From Macrostomum hystrix (Eukaryota; Animalia; Platyhelminthes), in assembly GCA_950097015.1 (NCBI GenBank), contig CATNEN010000034.1, positions 2,294,001 through 2,358,000 on the forward strand: DNA of 64,000 nt, in the 5' to 3' direction. The notes beneath the pieces are model-generated. The model was not told the origin of the DNA. It did not search any database and saw only the letters and a program-made list of their open reading frames with translations. Below are positions 1 to 11,160 of this stretch, piece after piece. The first letter of the stretch is position 1; the number at the start of each line of letters is the position of its first letter. A program made the position numbers and the translations under genes.

Positions 1-22
1 GTTAGTTAGCTAGTTAGTTAGC

Positions 23-74
<52 letters not shown>

Positions 75-102
75 GAGTTAGTTAGTTAGTTAGTTAGTTA
101 GC

Positions 103-161
<59 letters not shown>

Positions 162-162
162 C

Positions 163-201
<39 letters not shown>

Positions 202-214
202 CTAGTTAGTTAGC

Positions 215-249
<35 letters not shown>

Positions 250-250
250 C

Positions 251-281
<31 letters not shown>

Positions 282-282
282 C

Positions 283-321
<39 letters not shown>

Positions 322-334
322 CTAGTTAGTTAGC

Positions 335-390
<56 letters not shown>

Positions 391-422
391 GAGTTAGTTA
401 GTTAGTTAGTTAGTTAGTTAGC

Positions 423-473
<51 letters not shown>

Positions 474-474
474 C

Positions 475-513
<39 letters not shown>

Positions 514-514
514 C

Positions 515-592
<78 letters not shown>

Positions 593-620
593 GTTTGTTT
601 GTTTGTTTGTTTGTTTGTTT
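1..620. repeat. (GTTA)n microsatellite with GCTA variants, grading into (GTTT)n at ~588-618
   Basis: Direct reading: gttagttagttagctagttag... for ~590 bp, then ttgtttgttt. The array may extend beyond the window edge. Confidence 0.97.
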
Positions 621-1158
621 CGAAGTTCGTTTTTTTTTATTTAAATTCAGCTTCAGTGAAGGAAAGAAAAGAAATGAATACAAAGAGTCGAACGGGCAGA
701 AGAAAGTTTCATTTGCAATCTGGTCGTCAAATTCTGTCGGCCATCGTACGCAATGATTTTCAGAAACGGCCTGCAACACGCAAACCGAATAGATAGGGAT
801 TATTTTTGGAACGCAAAATAGGATAAACAAGTTGAAACGGGGGGATAGAAGGTCTTGCCTACACGATGGTCCACTGATGCGCAGTAAGTGCTGGGCAACC
901 AGAATCCGTTGGACCGGATCGGGCAGAGAGATAGAACGGCTGCGTACATCTGCGCACAGTTTCGACCCGAATGGGAAGCAACAGTCCTGTGCCGCGGCGC
1001 GTTGAAAGCGTTAAAGCTTTTAGTTTTCGTGGGGCGGAGCGAATTGCTGCCGAATCTTCTTGGACTTCTCTTTTATTCGGCCCAAAAGAATCTGACTTGA
1101 AGGAGCGAATCCGAATTCCGATTCCGAGGCAGTGGCAGCAATTCAACAGAATTCGGCA

Positions 1159-4100
1159 ATGTCTGAAACCGCCGGCCAACTCGACATTGACAAATGCGCG
1201 GATGAGGAGGCGCTGTCAAAACTGGTGAGTAAGACTGTGAATCTGTGAACCTGTGAATCTGTGAATCTGTGAACCTGCAAATCTGTGAATCTGTGAATCT
1301 GTGAATCTGTGAATCTGTGAATCTGTGAATCTGTGAACCTGCAAATCTGTGAATCTGTGAATCTGTGAATCTGTGAATCTGTGAATCTGTGAATCTGTGA
1401 ACCTGCAAATCTGTGAACCTGTGAATCTGTGAACCTGTGAATCTGTGAATCTGTGAATCTGTGAACCTGCAAATCTGTGAACCTGCAAATCTGTGAATCT
1501 GTGAATCTGTGAATCTGTGAACCTGCAAATCTGTGAATCTGTGAATCTGTGAACCTGCAAATCTATGAATCTGTGAATCTGTGAATCTGTGAATCTGTGA
1601 ATCTGTGAACCTGTGAATCTGTGAATCTGTGAATCTGTGAACCTGCAAATCTGTGAATCTGTGAATCTGTGAACCTGCAAATCTATGAATCTGTGAATCT
1701 GTGAACCTGTGAATCTGTGAATCTGTGAATCTGTGAACCTGTGAATCTGTGAATCTGTGAGTCTGTGAACCTGTGAATCTGTGAATCTGTGAACCTGCAA
1801 ATCTATGAATCTGTGAATCTGTGAACCTGTGAATCTGTGAATCTGTGAATCTGTGAACCTGTGAATCTGTGAATCTGTGAGTCTGTGAACCTGTGAATCT
1901 GTGAATCTGTGAGTATGTGAATCTGTGAATCTGTGAATCTGTGAATCTGTGAATCTGTGAATCTGTGAATCTGTGAACCTGTGAATATGTGATTTTATAA
2001 ACTTGGCTCTGTATTATTGTGCTCGAAGGCAAAGGAATTCGTCTATCGTTTGATTGAAGAAAAAGAAAATTATAAAATCTAGTTTTTCTGCTAATTCACA
2101 AAAAAACTTACTTTTTGAAGCTGACCAAGACAGAAGACTTTGACAAGCGCAAACAGATCCGCGCTAGACTCAAGGTTCTTCACGAGGAGCAAGCCAGTGA
2201 GCTCAGCGCATACATTGATTTTTAAATCCCAGACCACCCTGATTGATCTCAGATAACACTTCATTGCAGAGGCCTACGAGGAGAAGAAGAAGGCCCACCA
2301 AACTGTGGACCCGGTGGCGCTGCGGGCCAAGCAGGCCGAGGAGGCGAAGGCCCGCCAGATGAAGGCTTTCCAGGAAATGGCCAAGAAATCACCGGGCTCA
2401 GTGCAGACCGACGACTCGGTGAAGGCGCGAGCGGAGAGGGCGCAGAAGGATAAGGAGGCCGAGCTCAGAAACTTCAATGAGCTGGTGTGCTCTGGTTTGG
2501 TGCTTGGGTTCCGGAATCGCAGATTTGGGAGATTAGAGATTGGGGAGATTTGGGATTGGGGAGAGTGGGGATTGGGGAGATTGGGCATTGGGGAGATTGG
2601 GCATTGGGGAGAGTGGGGATTGGGGAGAGTGGGGATTGGGAGGATTGGGCATTGGGGAGATTGGGGATTGGGGAGAGTGGGGATTGGGGAGATTGGGCAT
2701 AGGGGAGATTGGGGATTGGGGAGAGTGGGGATTGGGGGAGATTGGGGATTGGGGAGATTGGGCATTGGGGAGAGTGGGGATTGGGGAGATTGGGGATTTG
2801 GGAGAGTGGGGATTGGGGAGATTGGGCATAGGGGAGATTGGGGATTGGGGAGAGTGGGGATTGGGGAGAGTGGGCATTGGGGGGATTGGGGATTGGGGAG
2901 ATTATAGGGAGATATACAAATTTATCAAACAATTCCCTGCTACGAAACCACAAAGGCGAAGGTCCCTGGTGTCGGGGCGCTACAGGGCGGCTCGGAGCGG
3001 GTCCGCCGGATGGAGGCGGAGGCGGCGGCCGAGTCAAAGGCCCGCCAGCTGCGGCAGTTTGACCAGATGGCCAAGCACGTTGACTCGCCCGGCACCGTGG
3101 CGGCTATCGAAGGTGAGAAGCGGCCATAGAGGGACTTGGCAGGTGGGCGAAGAATGGGTGTGATTTCGATCGCGATGATTAAATTTCGGTAAAGTTATTT
3201 GATATTGGTAATGCGAAAAAATTAGATTTTGTGAGAGCGGATGAGATTTTGTGGTAGTAGATGAGACTTCGTGGTAGCAGATGAGATTTTGTGGTAGCAG
3301 ATTAGATTTTGTGGTAGCAGATTAGATTTTATTGAGGAGGATGAGATTTTGTGGGAATGGATGAGATTTTATTGGGAGGATGAGATTTTGTGGAAGCGGA
3401 TGAAATTTTGTGGTAGCAGATGAGATTTTGTGGTAGCAGATGAAATTTTGTGGTAGCAGATGAGATTTTGTGGTAGCAGATTACATTTTATTGAGGAGGA
3501 TGAGATTTTGTGGGAGCGGATGAGATTTTATTGAGGAGGATGAGATTTTATTGAGGAGGATGAGATTTTATTGAGGAGGATGAGATTTTATTGAGGAGGA
3601 TGAGATTTTGTGGAAGCGGATGAGATTTTGTGGTAGCAGATGAGGTTTTGTGGTAGCAGATCAGATTTTATTGAGGAGGATGAGATTTTGTGGTAGCAGA
3701 TGAGATCTTATTGAGGAGGATGAGATTTTGTGGGAGCGGATGAGATTTTACTGAGGAGGATGAGATTTTATTGAGGAGGATGAGATTTTGTGGGAGCGGA
3801 TGAGATTTTATTGAGGAGGATGAGATTTTGTGGGAGCGGATGAGAAGTAGGCTTGTCGCCATCGTCAAACTAAAATGTCAATCTCTCTGTCTAGATTTAT
3901 GGGTGTATTAAAAATTTATTTATTGGTTAATTGAAGTTTTGCGTCTCCACTGAACAAGGCTCACACATTTGATCGCACCGGTGTTTGGTGAACTGCGCTA
4001 TGCCATATAGAACATATAGCCAATCCAAGAACGTGCGTTCGTTCTGTAACCAAAATGCACCCCACTTGACTCTTCTTATTTGTTTAAGTTCGTCAGTCTG

Positions 4101-7051
4101 GCAGGGCCGTTGGCAGCCAGCCGGGTGGTGGGCGACCAAAATCTGCTATGAGCGCCTTCCAGGCCATGGACAAGGCCACCAACCCGGACGGGGCCAAGGC
4201 GACACCTGCGTGAGTTGGACTTCTTGCTCAGAGCATTGTGACTGACTGTGGAGGGCTACTTTAGAGTGAGTGTACATTGTGACTGACTGTGGAGGGTTAC
4301 TTTAGAGTGAGTGTACATTGTGACTGAATGTGGAGGGATCCTCTAGAGTGAGTGTACATTGTGACTGACTATGGAGGGATCCTCTAGAGTGAGTGTACAT
4401 TGTGACTGACTGTGGAGGGTTACTTTAGAGTGAGTGTACATTGTGGCTGACTGTGGGGGGATCCTCTAGAGTGAGTGTACATTGTGACTGACTGTGGAGG
4501 GATCCTCTAGAGGGAGTGTACATTGTGACTGACTATGGAGGGATCCTCTAGAGTGAGTGTACATTGTGACTGACTGTGGAGGGTTACTTTAGAGTGAGTG
4601 TACATTGTGGCTGACTGTGGGGGGATCCTCTAGAGTGAGTGTACATTGTGACTGACTGTGGGGGATCCTCTAGAGTGAGTGTACATTGTGACTGACTATG
4701 GAGGGATCCTCTAGAGTGAGTGTACATTGTGACTGACTATGGAGGGATCCTCTAGAGTGAGTGTACATTGTGACTGACTATGGAGGGATCCTCTAGAGTG
4801 AGTGTACATTGTGACTGACTGTGGGGGGATCCTCTAGAGTGAGTGTACATTGTGACTGACTATGGAGGGATCCTCTAGAGTGAGTGTACATTGTGACTGA
4901 CTGTGGGGGGATCCTCTAGAGTGAGTGTACATTGTGGCTGACTGTGGTGGGTACAAGAGTGAGTGTACATTGTGGCTGACTGTGGTGGGTACAAGAGTGA
5001 GTGTACATTGTGGCTGACTGTGGTGGGTACAAGAGCGAGTGTACATTGTGGCTGGCTGTGGTGGGTACTAGAGTGAGTGTACATTGTGGCTGGCTGTGGT
5101 GGGTACAAGAGCGAGTGTACATTGTGGCTGGCTGTGGTGGGTACTAGAGTGAGTGTACGCTGGGACTGACTGCTAAGGACTGCAGACTCGACAGTGGGTG
5201 TACATATCCCAAACCTTGAATTGTTCAGTTACATGCAGGCCGGCAATCGGCAGTCGGCTAGAGGCGGCGGCGGAGTGACCAGGAACCCGAGCCAGATCAA
5301 GCAGATGATGCTGGAGTGGTGCCAGGCAGCGACGCGCAACTACAGGGACAAGGTTGGCAGATTTTCTGATTAGAAAACTGAACTGATGAGTTGGGTTGCT
5401 GGCTGATTCAAGCGTATAAAGGTTTTCAGACTATATTTTTCTGATTAGAAAGCTCAGCTCCTATATTCGACTTTTGGCGAATTGGAATCAGTCAATTGTA
5501 GGTTGTCAGGTTGGTAGATAGTCAATTGTAGGTTGTCAGGTTGGTAGATAGTCAATTGTAGGTTGTCAGGTTGGTAGATAGTCAATTGTAGGTTGTCAGG
5601 TTGGTAGATAGTCAATTGTAGGTTGTCAGGTTGGTAGATAGTCAATTGTAGGTTGTCAGGTTGGTAGATAGTCAATTGTAGGTTGTCAGGTTGGTAGATT
5701 GTCAGGTTGGTAGATTGTCAGGTTGGTAGATTTTCAGGTTGGTAGATTGTCAGGTTGGTAGATTGGTAGGCTGGTAGATTGATAGGCTGGTAGATTGGTA
5801 GGCTGGTAGATTGATAGGCTGGTAGATTGGTAGGCTGGTAGATTGATAGGCTGGTAGATGAATAGGCTGGTAGATGAATAGGCTGGTAGATGAATAGGCT
5901 GGTAGATTGTCAGGTTGGTAGATTGTCAGGTTGGTAGATTGGTAGGCTGGTAGATTGATAGGCTGGTAGATTGGTAGGCTGGTAGATTGATAGGCTGGTA
6001 GATGAATAGGCTGGTAGATTGTCAGGTTGGTAGATTGTCAGGTTGGTAGATTGGTAGGCTGGTAGATTGATAGGCTGGTAGATTGGTAGGCTGGTAGATT
6101 GATAGGCTGGTAGATTGGTAGGCTGGTAGATTGGTAGGCTGGTAGATTGGTAGGCTGGTAGATTAGTAGGCTGGTAGATTGGTAGGCTGGTAGATTAGTA
6201 GGCGACAGTGCCAGACACAGGCAAAAGCAGTTTGGCCACTGAGCAACCGCAATGTCTTCACAAACACCAGGGCGTCAATGTCACCAACTTCAGCAGCTCC
6301 TGGGCGGATGGACTGGCATTCTGCGCCCTCATTCACAATTTCCACCCGGAGGCCTTCAACTTTGACGAGCTCAAGGCCACAGAGAGGCGCAAAAACTTCC
6401 AGCTGGCATTCGACACTGCAGAGTGAGACTGCGAGAGTGAATGAGAGAAACTGCGAGAGTGAATGAGTGAGACTGCGAGAGTGAATGAGTGAGACTGCGA
6501 GAGTGAATGAGTGAGACTGCGAGAGTGAATGAGTGAGACTGTGAGAGTGAATGAGAGAAACTGCGAGAGTGAATGAGTGAGACTGCGAGAGTGAATGAGT
6601 GAGACTGCGAGAGTGAATGAGTGAGACTGCGAGAGTGAATGAGTGAGACTGCGAGAGTGAATGAGTGAGACTGCGAGAGTGAATGAGTGAGACTGCGAGA
6701 GTGAATGAGTGAGACTGCGAGAGTGAATGAGTGAGACTGCGAGAGTGAATGAGAGAGACTGCGAGAGTGAATGAGTGAGACTGCGAGAGTGAATGAGTTG
6801 ATTGACATGTGTACACTGCCGCTCGTCAACCCACTTCACCAAACAGGAAGGTGGCGGACATTGCTCCCCTATTAGATGTCGAAGACATGATGAAGATGAA
6901 GACACCGGACTGGAAGTGTGTGTTCACGTACGTGCAGTCCTACTACCGGAAGTTCCGGGCAGTTCCGCTGGCCGCAGTCGTTCGTACCGGAAGTGACTCC
7001 GCTGCCACTGATGCAGATAGCAGCGAAAAAACTGCCGAGGCTGAAGCTTAA
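1159..7051 (+). CDS. Smtnl: Smoothelin-like protein (N-terminal smoothelin motif, C-terminal calponin-homology domain), 371 aa, 8 exons
   Basis: Manual exon join 1159-1224, 2121-2196, 2270-2484, 2956-3112, 4089-4209, 5229-5352, 6271-6422, 6847-7051 = 1116 nt, all GT-AG and phase-consistent. N-term DIDKCADEEALSKLLTKTEDFDKRKQIRARLK resembles the smoothelin motif. C-term IKQMMLEWCQ...GVNVTNFSSSWADGLAFCALIHNFHPEAFNFDEL...PLLDVEDMMKMKTPDWKCVFTYVQSYY is a smoothelin/MICAL-type CH domain. Exon 5 and 6 acceptors were chosen by phase and are less certain. Confidence 0.9.
1235..1990. repeat. 8-bp minisatellite (CTGTGAAT)n filling smoothelin intron 1
   Basis: Unit ctgtgaat with ctgtgaac/ctgcaaat variants, starting ~10 bp after the donor at 1225. 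Confidence 0.95.
2525..2905. repeat. G-rich ~10-bp minisatellite (GGGGAGATT/GGGCATT) in smoothelin intron 3
   Basis: Reiterated ggggagattgggcattggggagagtggggatt, with dense GGG/GGGG runs on the sense strand. Confidence 0.93.
3235..3845. repeat. 20-bp minisatellite (GATGAGATTTT + GTGGTAGCA or ATTGAGGAG) in smoothelin intron 4
   Basis: Direct reading of two alternating 20-bp unit types. Confidence 0.93.
4236..5170. repeat. 41/38-bp minisatellite in smoothelin intron 5
   Basis: Unit gagtgagtgtacattgtgactgactgtggagggatcctcta, ~23 copies. Later copies are 38 bp (…tggtgggtacaa). Confidence 0.95.
5480..6200. repeat. 30-bp then 16-bp minisatellite (GGTTGGTAGAT core) in smoothelin intron 6
   Basis: tcaattgtaggttgtcaggttggtagatag about 7 times, then ggtaggctggtagatt units. 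Confidence 0.93.
6421..6797. repeat. 22-bp minisatellite starting at the exon 7 donor of smoothelin
   Basis: Unit gagtgagactgcgagagtgaat, ~17 copies. The first copy overlaps the GA|GT junction at 6422/6423. Confidence 0.95.
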
Positions 7052-7245
7052 TGAACTCAAACTGAACTCAAACTGAACTCAAACTGAACTCAAACTGAAA
7101 TCAAATGCAATCAAAGTGAAAGGTAGTGCCTTCTTAGTAATATGGTACATCAAACGTTTAGCAAGCTAATTATTTTCCAGTTTAATCCTCGCTTTTAGCA
7201 TCAGAAGCATCCTTGTAAAAATAATTAATTTTTTTTTATCGCTTT

Positions 7246-7251
7246 AATAAA
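7246..7251 (+). terminator. Candidate polyadenylation signal AATAAA of the smoothelin-like gene
   Basis: AATAAA ~195 bp after the stop codon in an AT-rich 3' region; inferred from position only. Confidence 0.45.
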
Positions 7252-7282
7252 ATTTTTAATGAATACTTATCTACTCTCACTA

Positions 7283-7580
7283 GGGGGGTGAGTGGCAGAG
7301 TGACGCGTTTGCCTCTCGCACCAAGGTCCCTGAGCTCGATTCCGCGGCGAGGCCACATTCATTTGGGGTGAAGCGCTTGGGGGCTTGTCGTGCAACTTAC
7401 GCCCCTGAGGGCCAACCTTCGAAGCACAGTAAGAGTGTACACTGCCTGACGATGAGAAAGTCAGGTCAGATGTACACACCTGTGTGAGCGTGTGCTTGAG
7501 TACGGTATTTGTCTGCGTGTGTGCTCAGGAGTCAGCGGAATGGGCAGAATTGCCTCCTCGCTGACTGCCCTCCTGTAATT
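7283..7580 (+). mobile_element. tRNA-derived SINE, family 1, copy A (3' stem internally deleted)
   Basis: Head ggggggtgagtggcagagtg…gtttgcctctcgcaccaaggtccc…gagctcgattcc has A-box/B-box-like motifs and a tRNA-Val-like anticodon arm. Body gagggccaacct…tgtacactgcctgacgatgagaaagtcagg…ctcaggagtcagc is shared with copies at 30667, 33456, 54770 and 61295. Confidence 0.85.
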
Positions 7581-7848
7581 GATATTTATATCAACTGTCC
7601 AATGTCCACAATCGCATGGTATGCATGTTGTTTGTAATATTTATAAGCATGGACTTTATTCTACTATTTATCATTTGTGAGTTAGACGCTTGCAGGCGCT
7701 GTTAGAATTTTATTTTTATGCTTTTCTATCATTTATTTAATTCTGCTTCAAGGAAGGGTGACTCTGTCACCGTGATCGTACTTCAAGCTAAGCGCCTACT
7801 TATTAGTAGCACGACAAGTAACTTTTATTCTTGTTTTTACAGTTATAT

Positions 7849-8655
7849 CAGGGGTAGGCAAACTTATTTGCTGGCGGGCCAAAGAGAGAACCTAAAAGAC
7901 GACAGCGGGCCGCATTGACTAGAAATATGAGATAGGGGAGAGATGAGACACGGGAGAGATGAGACACGAGAGAGATGAGACACGGGAGAGATTAGACACG
8001 GGAGAGATGAGACACGGGAGAGATGAGACACGGGAGAGATTAGACACGGGAGAGATGAGACACGAGAGAGATGAGACACGGGAGAGATTAGACACGGGAG
8101 AGATGAGACACGGGAGAGATGAGACACGGGAGAGATTAGACACGGGAGAGATGAGACACGAGAGAGATGAGATACGGGAGAGATGAGACATGGGAGAGAT
8201 AAAACACGGTATAAGAGATGAGACACGGGAGAGATAAGACACGGGAGAGATTAGACACGGGAGAGATGAGACACGAGAGAGATGAGACACGGGAGAGATG
8301 AGACACGGGAGAGATGAGACATGGGAGAGATAAAACACGGTATAAGAGATGAGACACGGGAGAGATGAGACACGGGAGAGATTAGACACGGGAGAGATTA
8401 GACACGGGAGAGATGAGAAACAGGAGAGATAAGACACAGGACAGATTAGACACGGGAGAGATAAGACACGAGAGAGATAAGACACGGGAGAGATTAGACA
8501 CGGGAGAGATGAGACACGGGAGAGATAAGACACGGGAGAGATTAGACACGAGAGAGATGAAACAGGACACTGTAGATGTCAGAAGGGGCAACGGGCCGGA
8601 TTTGGGAGCTTCGAGGGCCGCATCTGGCCCGCGGGCCGGAGTTTGCCGACCCCTG
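7849..8655. mobile_element. Non-autonomous hAT (Charlie/MER58-like) MITE with nested minisatellite
   Basis: TIRs CAGGGGTAGGCAAACT (7849-7864) and AGTTTGCCGACCCCTG (8640-8655) match 15/16. Perfect 8-bp TSD AGTTATAT at 7841-7848 and 8656-8663. Subterminal GGGCCG/GGCCC repeats are typical of hAT ends. Confidence 0.92.
7920..8570. repeat. 16-bp minisatellite (GAGATGAGACACGGGA)n inside the hAT MITE
   Basis: Direct reading, ~40 units. Confidence 0.95.
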
Positions 8656-10584
8656 AGTTATATACTCGTAGATTTTAACGCTACCAAATATAGATCATTC
8701 AAAATTTCTATGATTCACAGTTTCACGGCAGCCATATTTGAATGCAATCCAGAAATCCATGAAAATCCAGAACACGGCCTAAAATTTCCGCTCTATCCGA
8801 CGAAACAATTTCCAGAATCACGAAGCATCGGCACCGTCGAGATATTCAACGATTCTCGTCTGTTGACAGAAACCACCAATATGGGCATAATTATTCTGGT
8901 CAGAAAATTTCATCGTGTAGACATGTCGACCATTTTTTGCGTAAATTGTGTTGAATTTATTTTTAATTATAATATTATTGGACCGATAAGGATTCGCCAT
9001 ATAGGTATATATGCAGAGCATTGTTAGCTGTCCTTGTCACCAGGGTCTCTGACAAGAAACGTGGATATTCTACTGTCAATGATATATCGCGCTCGCGCTG
9101 CAATAACATTAGCACTAAAAAATAGTGCAGAAAAACCATAATTGCTATGTACTTTAGTCTATGGGTATTACTCGTAACCGCGATTGGCAAAGTGAGACTG
9201 GGGTGTGGGGGCGAAGCCCCAGTTCTTACCATAGACAAAAATGTTTGACTAAGCTATTCCTTGGCTGTGGTCTACTAAACTTTAGTCTATGAACTAGAGC
9301 GACATTAATACGCAAAGGACATTAAGGCGCATCCTGTGTGAGTCCTAATGTCCCCAAAAGTGCATAGCAATGGCCTACACCTCCAGAGCAATCAGCGGAT
9401 CTTCTACGGTTTTCTAAGAACTATTAATTTTGTAAGACAGCCCAAAAAGATGAGAGCTGGATGCCATTTAAAAAAGCAAGAATCATGCAACCTCAGCCAT
9501 TCATAACTGTCGATGCAGGAGGCCTAGAGTCCAAGAGATGAAAATTAGTTGAGAAAGAATTCTTTTGAATTTGAGACGGCAGATATGATGATCGAGTAGG
9601 TGGATGAGCAATAATAGGTCATAATTCAATTCGTTGCAGAACTGGGAATTCAATTTGATTTGCTTTCATTTGATTAAACAGGTCATAAAAATTGATAGAT
9701 AGTCGAAGCATCGGCCAAATGAATGCTATGGATTGATTGGGATGAATTTGGCAGATATTAGCTATGGAAGGTCATAATTTTGCCGAATAGAGATCCAGCA
9801 ACTATATCTCCGATGATTGGAACGAAAATTGTTGGGAAAATTCTGTTTGCTCCAAGTTAACAGCATGACCGGGTAAGAAGCAATCAAAGAGATCAGCGCG
9901 AGGATGAGGCGTAGGGCGCGAGCAGGGCAGTTCCTAACTCGATCCCATTCATCAAGTAAGGGTTGAACAGGCGCAGCATTTTCTCCCAGAAGACTTGTTG
10001 AAGAAGATGATGTTTTTTAGCGCCTAAGCGCAATTCTAGACAAAGCAGCCATTAATCTGAGTTCGCCTGATTAAAAGGCTGCTCTGGAATGCCAATTGAC
10101 TGCTGCTGCTGCTGCTGCTGCTGCTGCCGCCATCGCACATCCTTAAAATGCTACAGCCCCAGCGATCCCTTGGGCAGTTGAGCTGTAGATATTGCGAGGC
10201 CCCATTTGTTTCGATCGCGGGATTAATTAAATAGTTTTGAACGCAAGATCAGCTTGAAGATGCGAATCTGCATGTCTGAATTATCTGAAAGTTTACAGCT
10301 GGCGAGGAATTCACTTCAAACTGAGTTAGACTCACTTGGTGACAGCAGCCTAGTCTAATGAGATGTGAGACTAAGATAGGGAGGGTGAGATAAGATAGAG
10401 ACGGAGAGTGACAGAAGGATGAGATATAAAGGAAAGCTGAGGTGTGAGATGTGAGACGGGGGCTCAGGGGAGATGGAGATAGGTAAGGTGGAGAAGGAAG
10501 GTAGGATGAAGAGAGAAAGAGAGATTGAGAGAAAGACGAGGCATGAGTGAAATGAAGACGGAGGGGTGAGATGCACAAGATGGG

Positions 10585-11160
10585 TGAGATGAACAGGGAA
10601 GGGTGAGATGAACAGGGAAGGGTGAGATGAACAGGGAAGGGTGAGATGAACAGGGAGGGGTGAGATGAACAGGGAAGGGTGAGATGAACAGGGAGGGGTG
10701 AGATGAACAGGGAGGGGTGAGATGAACAGGGAGGGGTGAGATGAACAGGGAGGGGTGAGATGAACAGGGAGGGGTGAGATGAACAGGGAGGGGTGAGATG
10801 AACAGGGAGAGGTGAGATGAACAGGGAGGGGTGAGATGAACAGGGAGGGGTGAGATGAACAGGGAGAGGTGAGATGAACAGGGAGGGGTGAGATGAACAG
10901 GGAGGGGTGAGATGAACAGGGAGGGGTGAGATGAACAGGGAGGGGTGAGATGAACAGGGAGGGGTGAGATGAACAGGGAGGGGTGAGATGAACAGGGAGG
11001 GGTGAGATGAACAGGGAGAGGTGAGATGAACAGGGAGGGGTGAGATGAACAGGGAGGGGTGAGATGAACAGGGAGAGGTGAGATGAACAGGGAGGGGTGA
11101 GATGAACAGGGAGGGGTGAGATGAACAGGGAGAGGTGAGATGAACAGGGAGGGGTGAGGT
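10585..11160. repeat. 19-bp minisatellite (GAGATGAACAGGGAGGGGT)n
   Basis: Direct reading, ~30 near-identical units. Confidence 0.95.

Noticed and set aside
1-590. (TTAG)n at the window edge as a telomere
   Set aside because: The unit is not TTAGGG or TTAGG, it is interrupted by GCTA, and it grades into (GTTT)n like an ordinary microsatellite.
971-1228. 85-aa ORF as the smoothelin first exon
   Set aside because: The smoothelin motif and phase match require the frame starting at ATG 1159, not this ORF.
7435-7477. Hammerhead-like CUGACGA-UGA-GAAA-GUC inside SINE family 1
   Set aside because: There is no stem II (the G10.1-C11.1 pair is absent), stem III is impossible with one nucleotide between GAAA and UC, and CCTGAC simply pairs with GTCAGG as a hairpin. 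The motif is also not preserved in copies C and D.
8755-8830. ~70-bp segment similar in reverse orientation to 31800-31862 (gatagagcg…ttttaggccg.gttctggatttt)
   Set aside because: A short, diverged dispersed-repeat remnant, too little to classify.
9150-9290. GTCTATGG…CCATAGAC inverted pair with a GGGGCGAAGCCCC hairpin, with similar pieces at ~28445-28581 and ~53060-53095
   Set aside because: Probably remnants of a dispersed DNA element, but I could not define TIRs, a TSD or boundaries.
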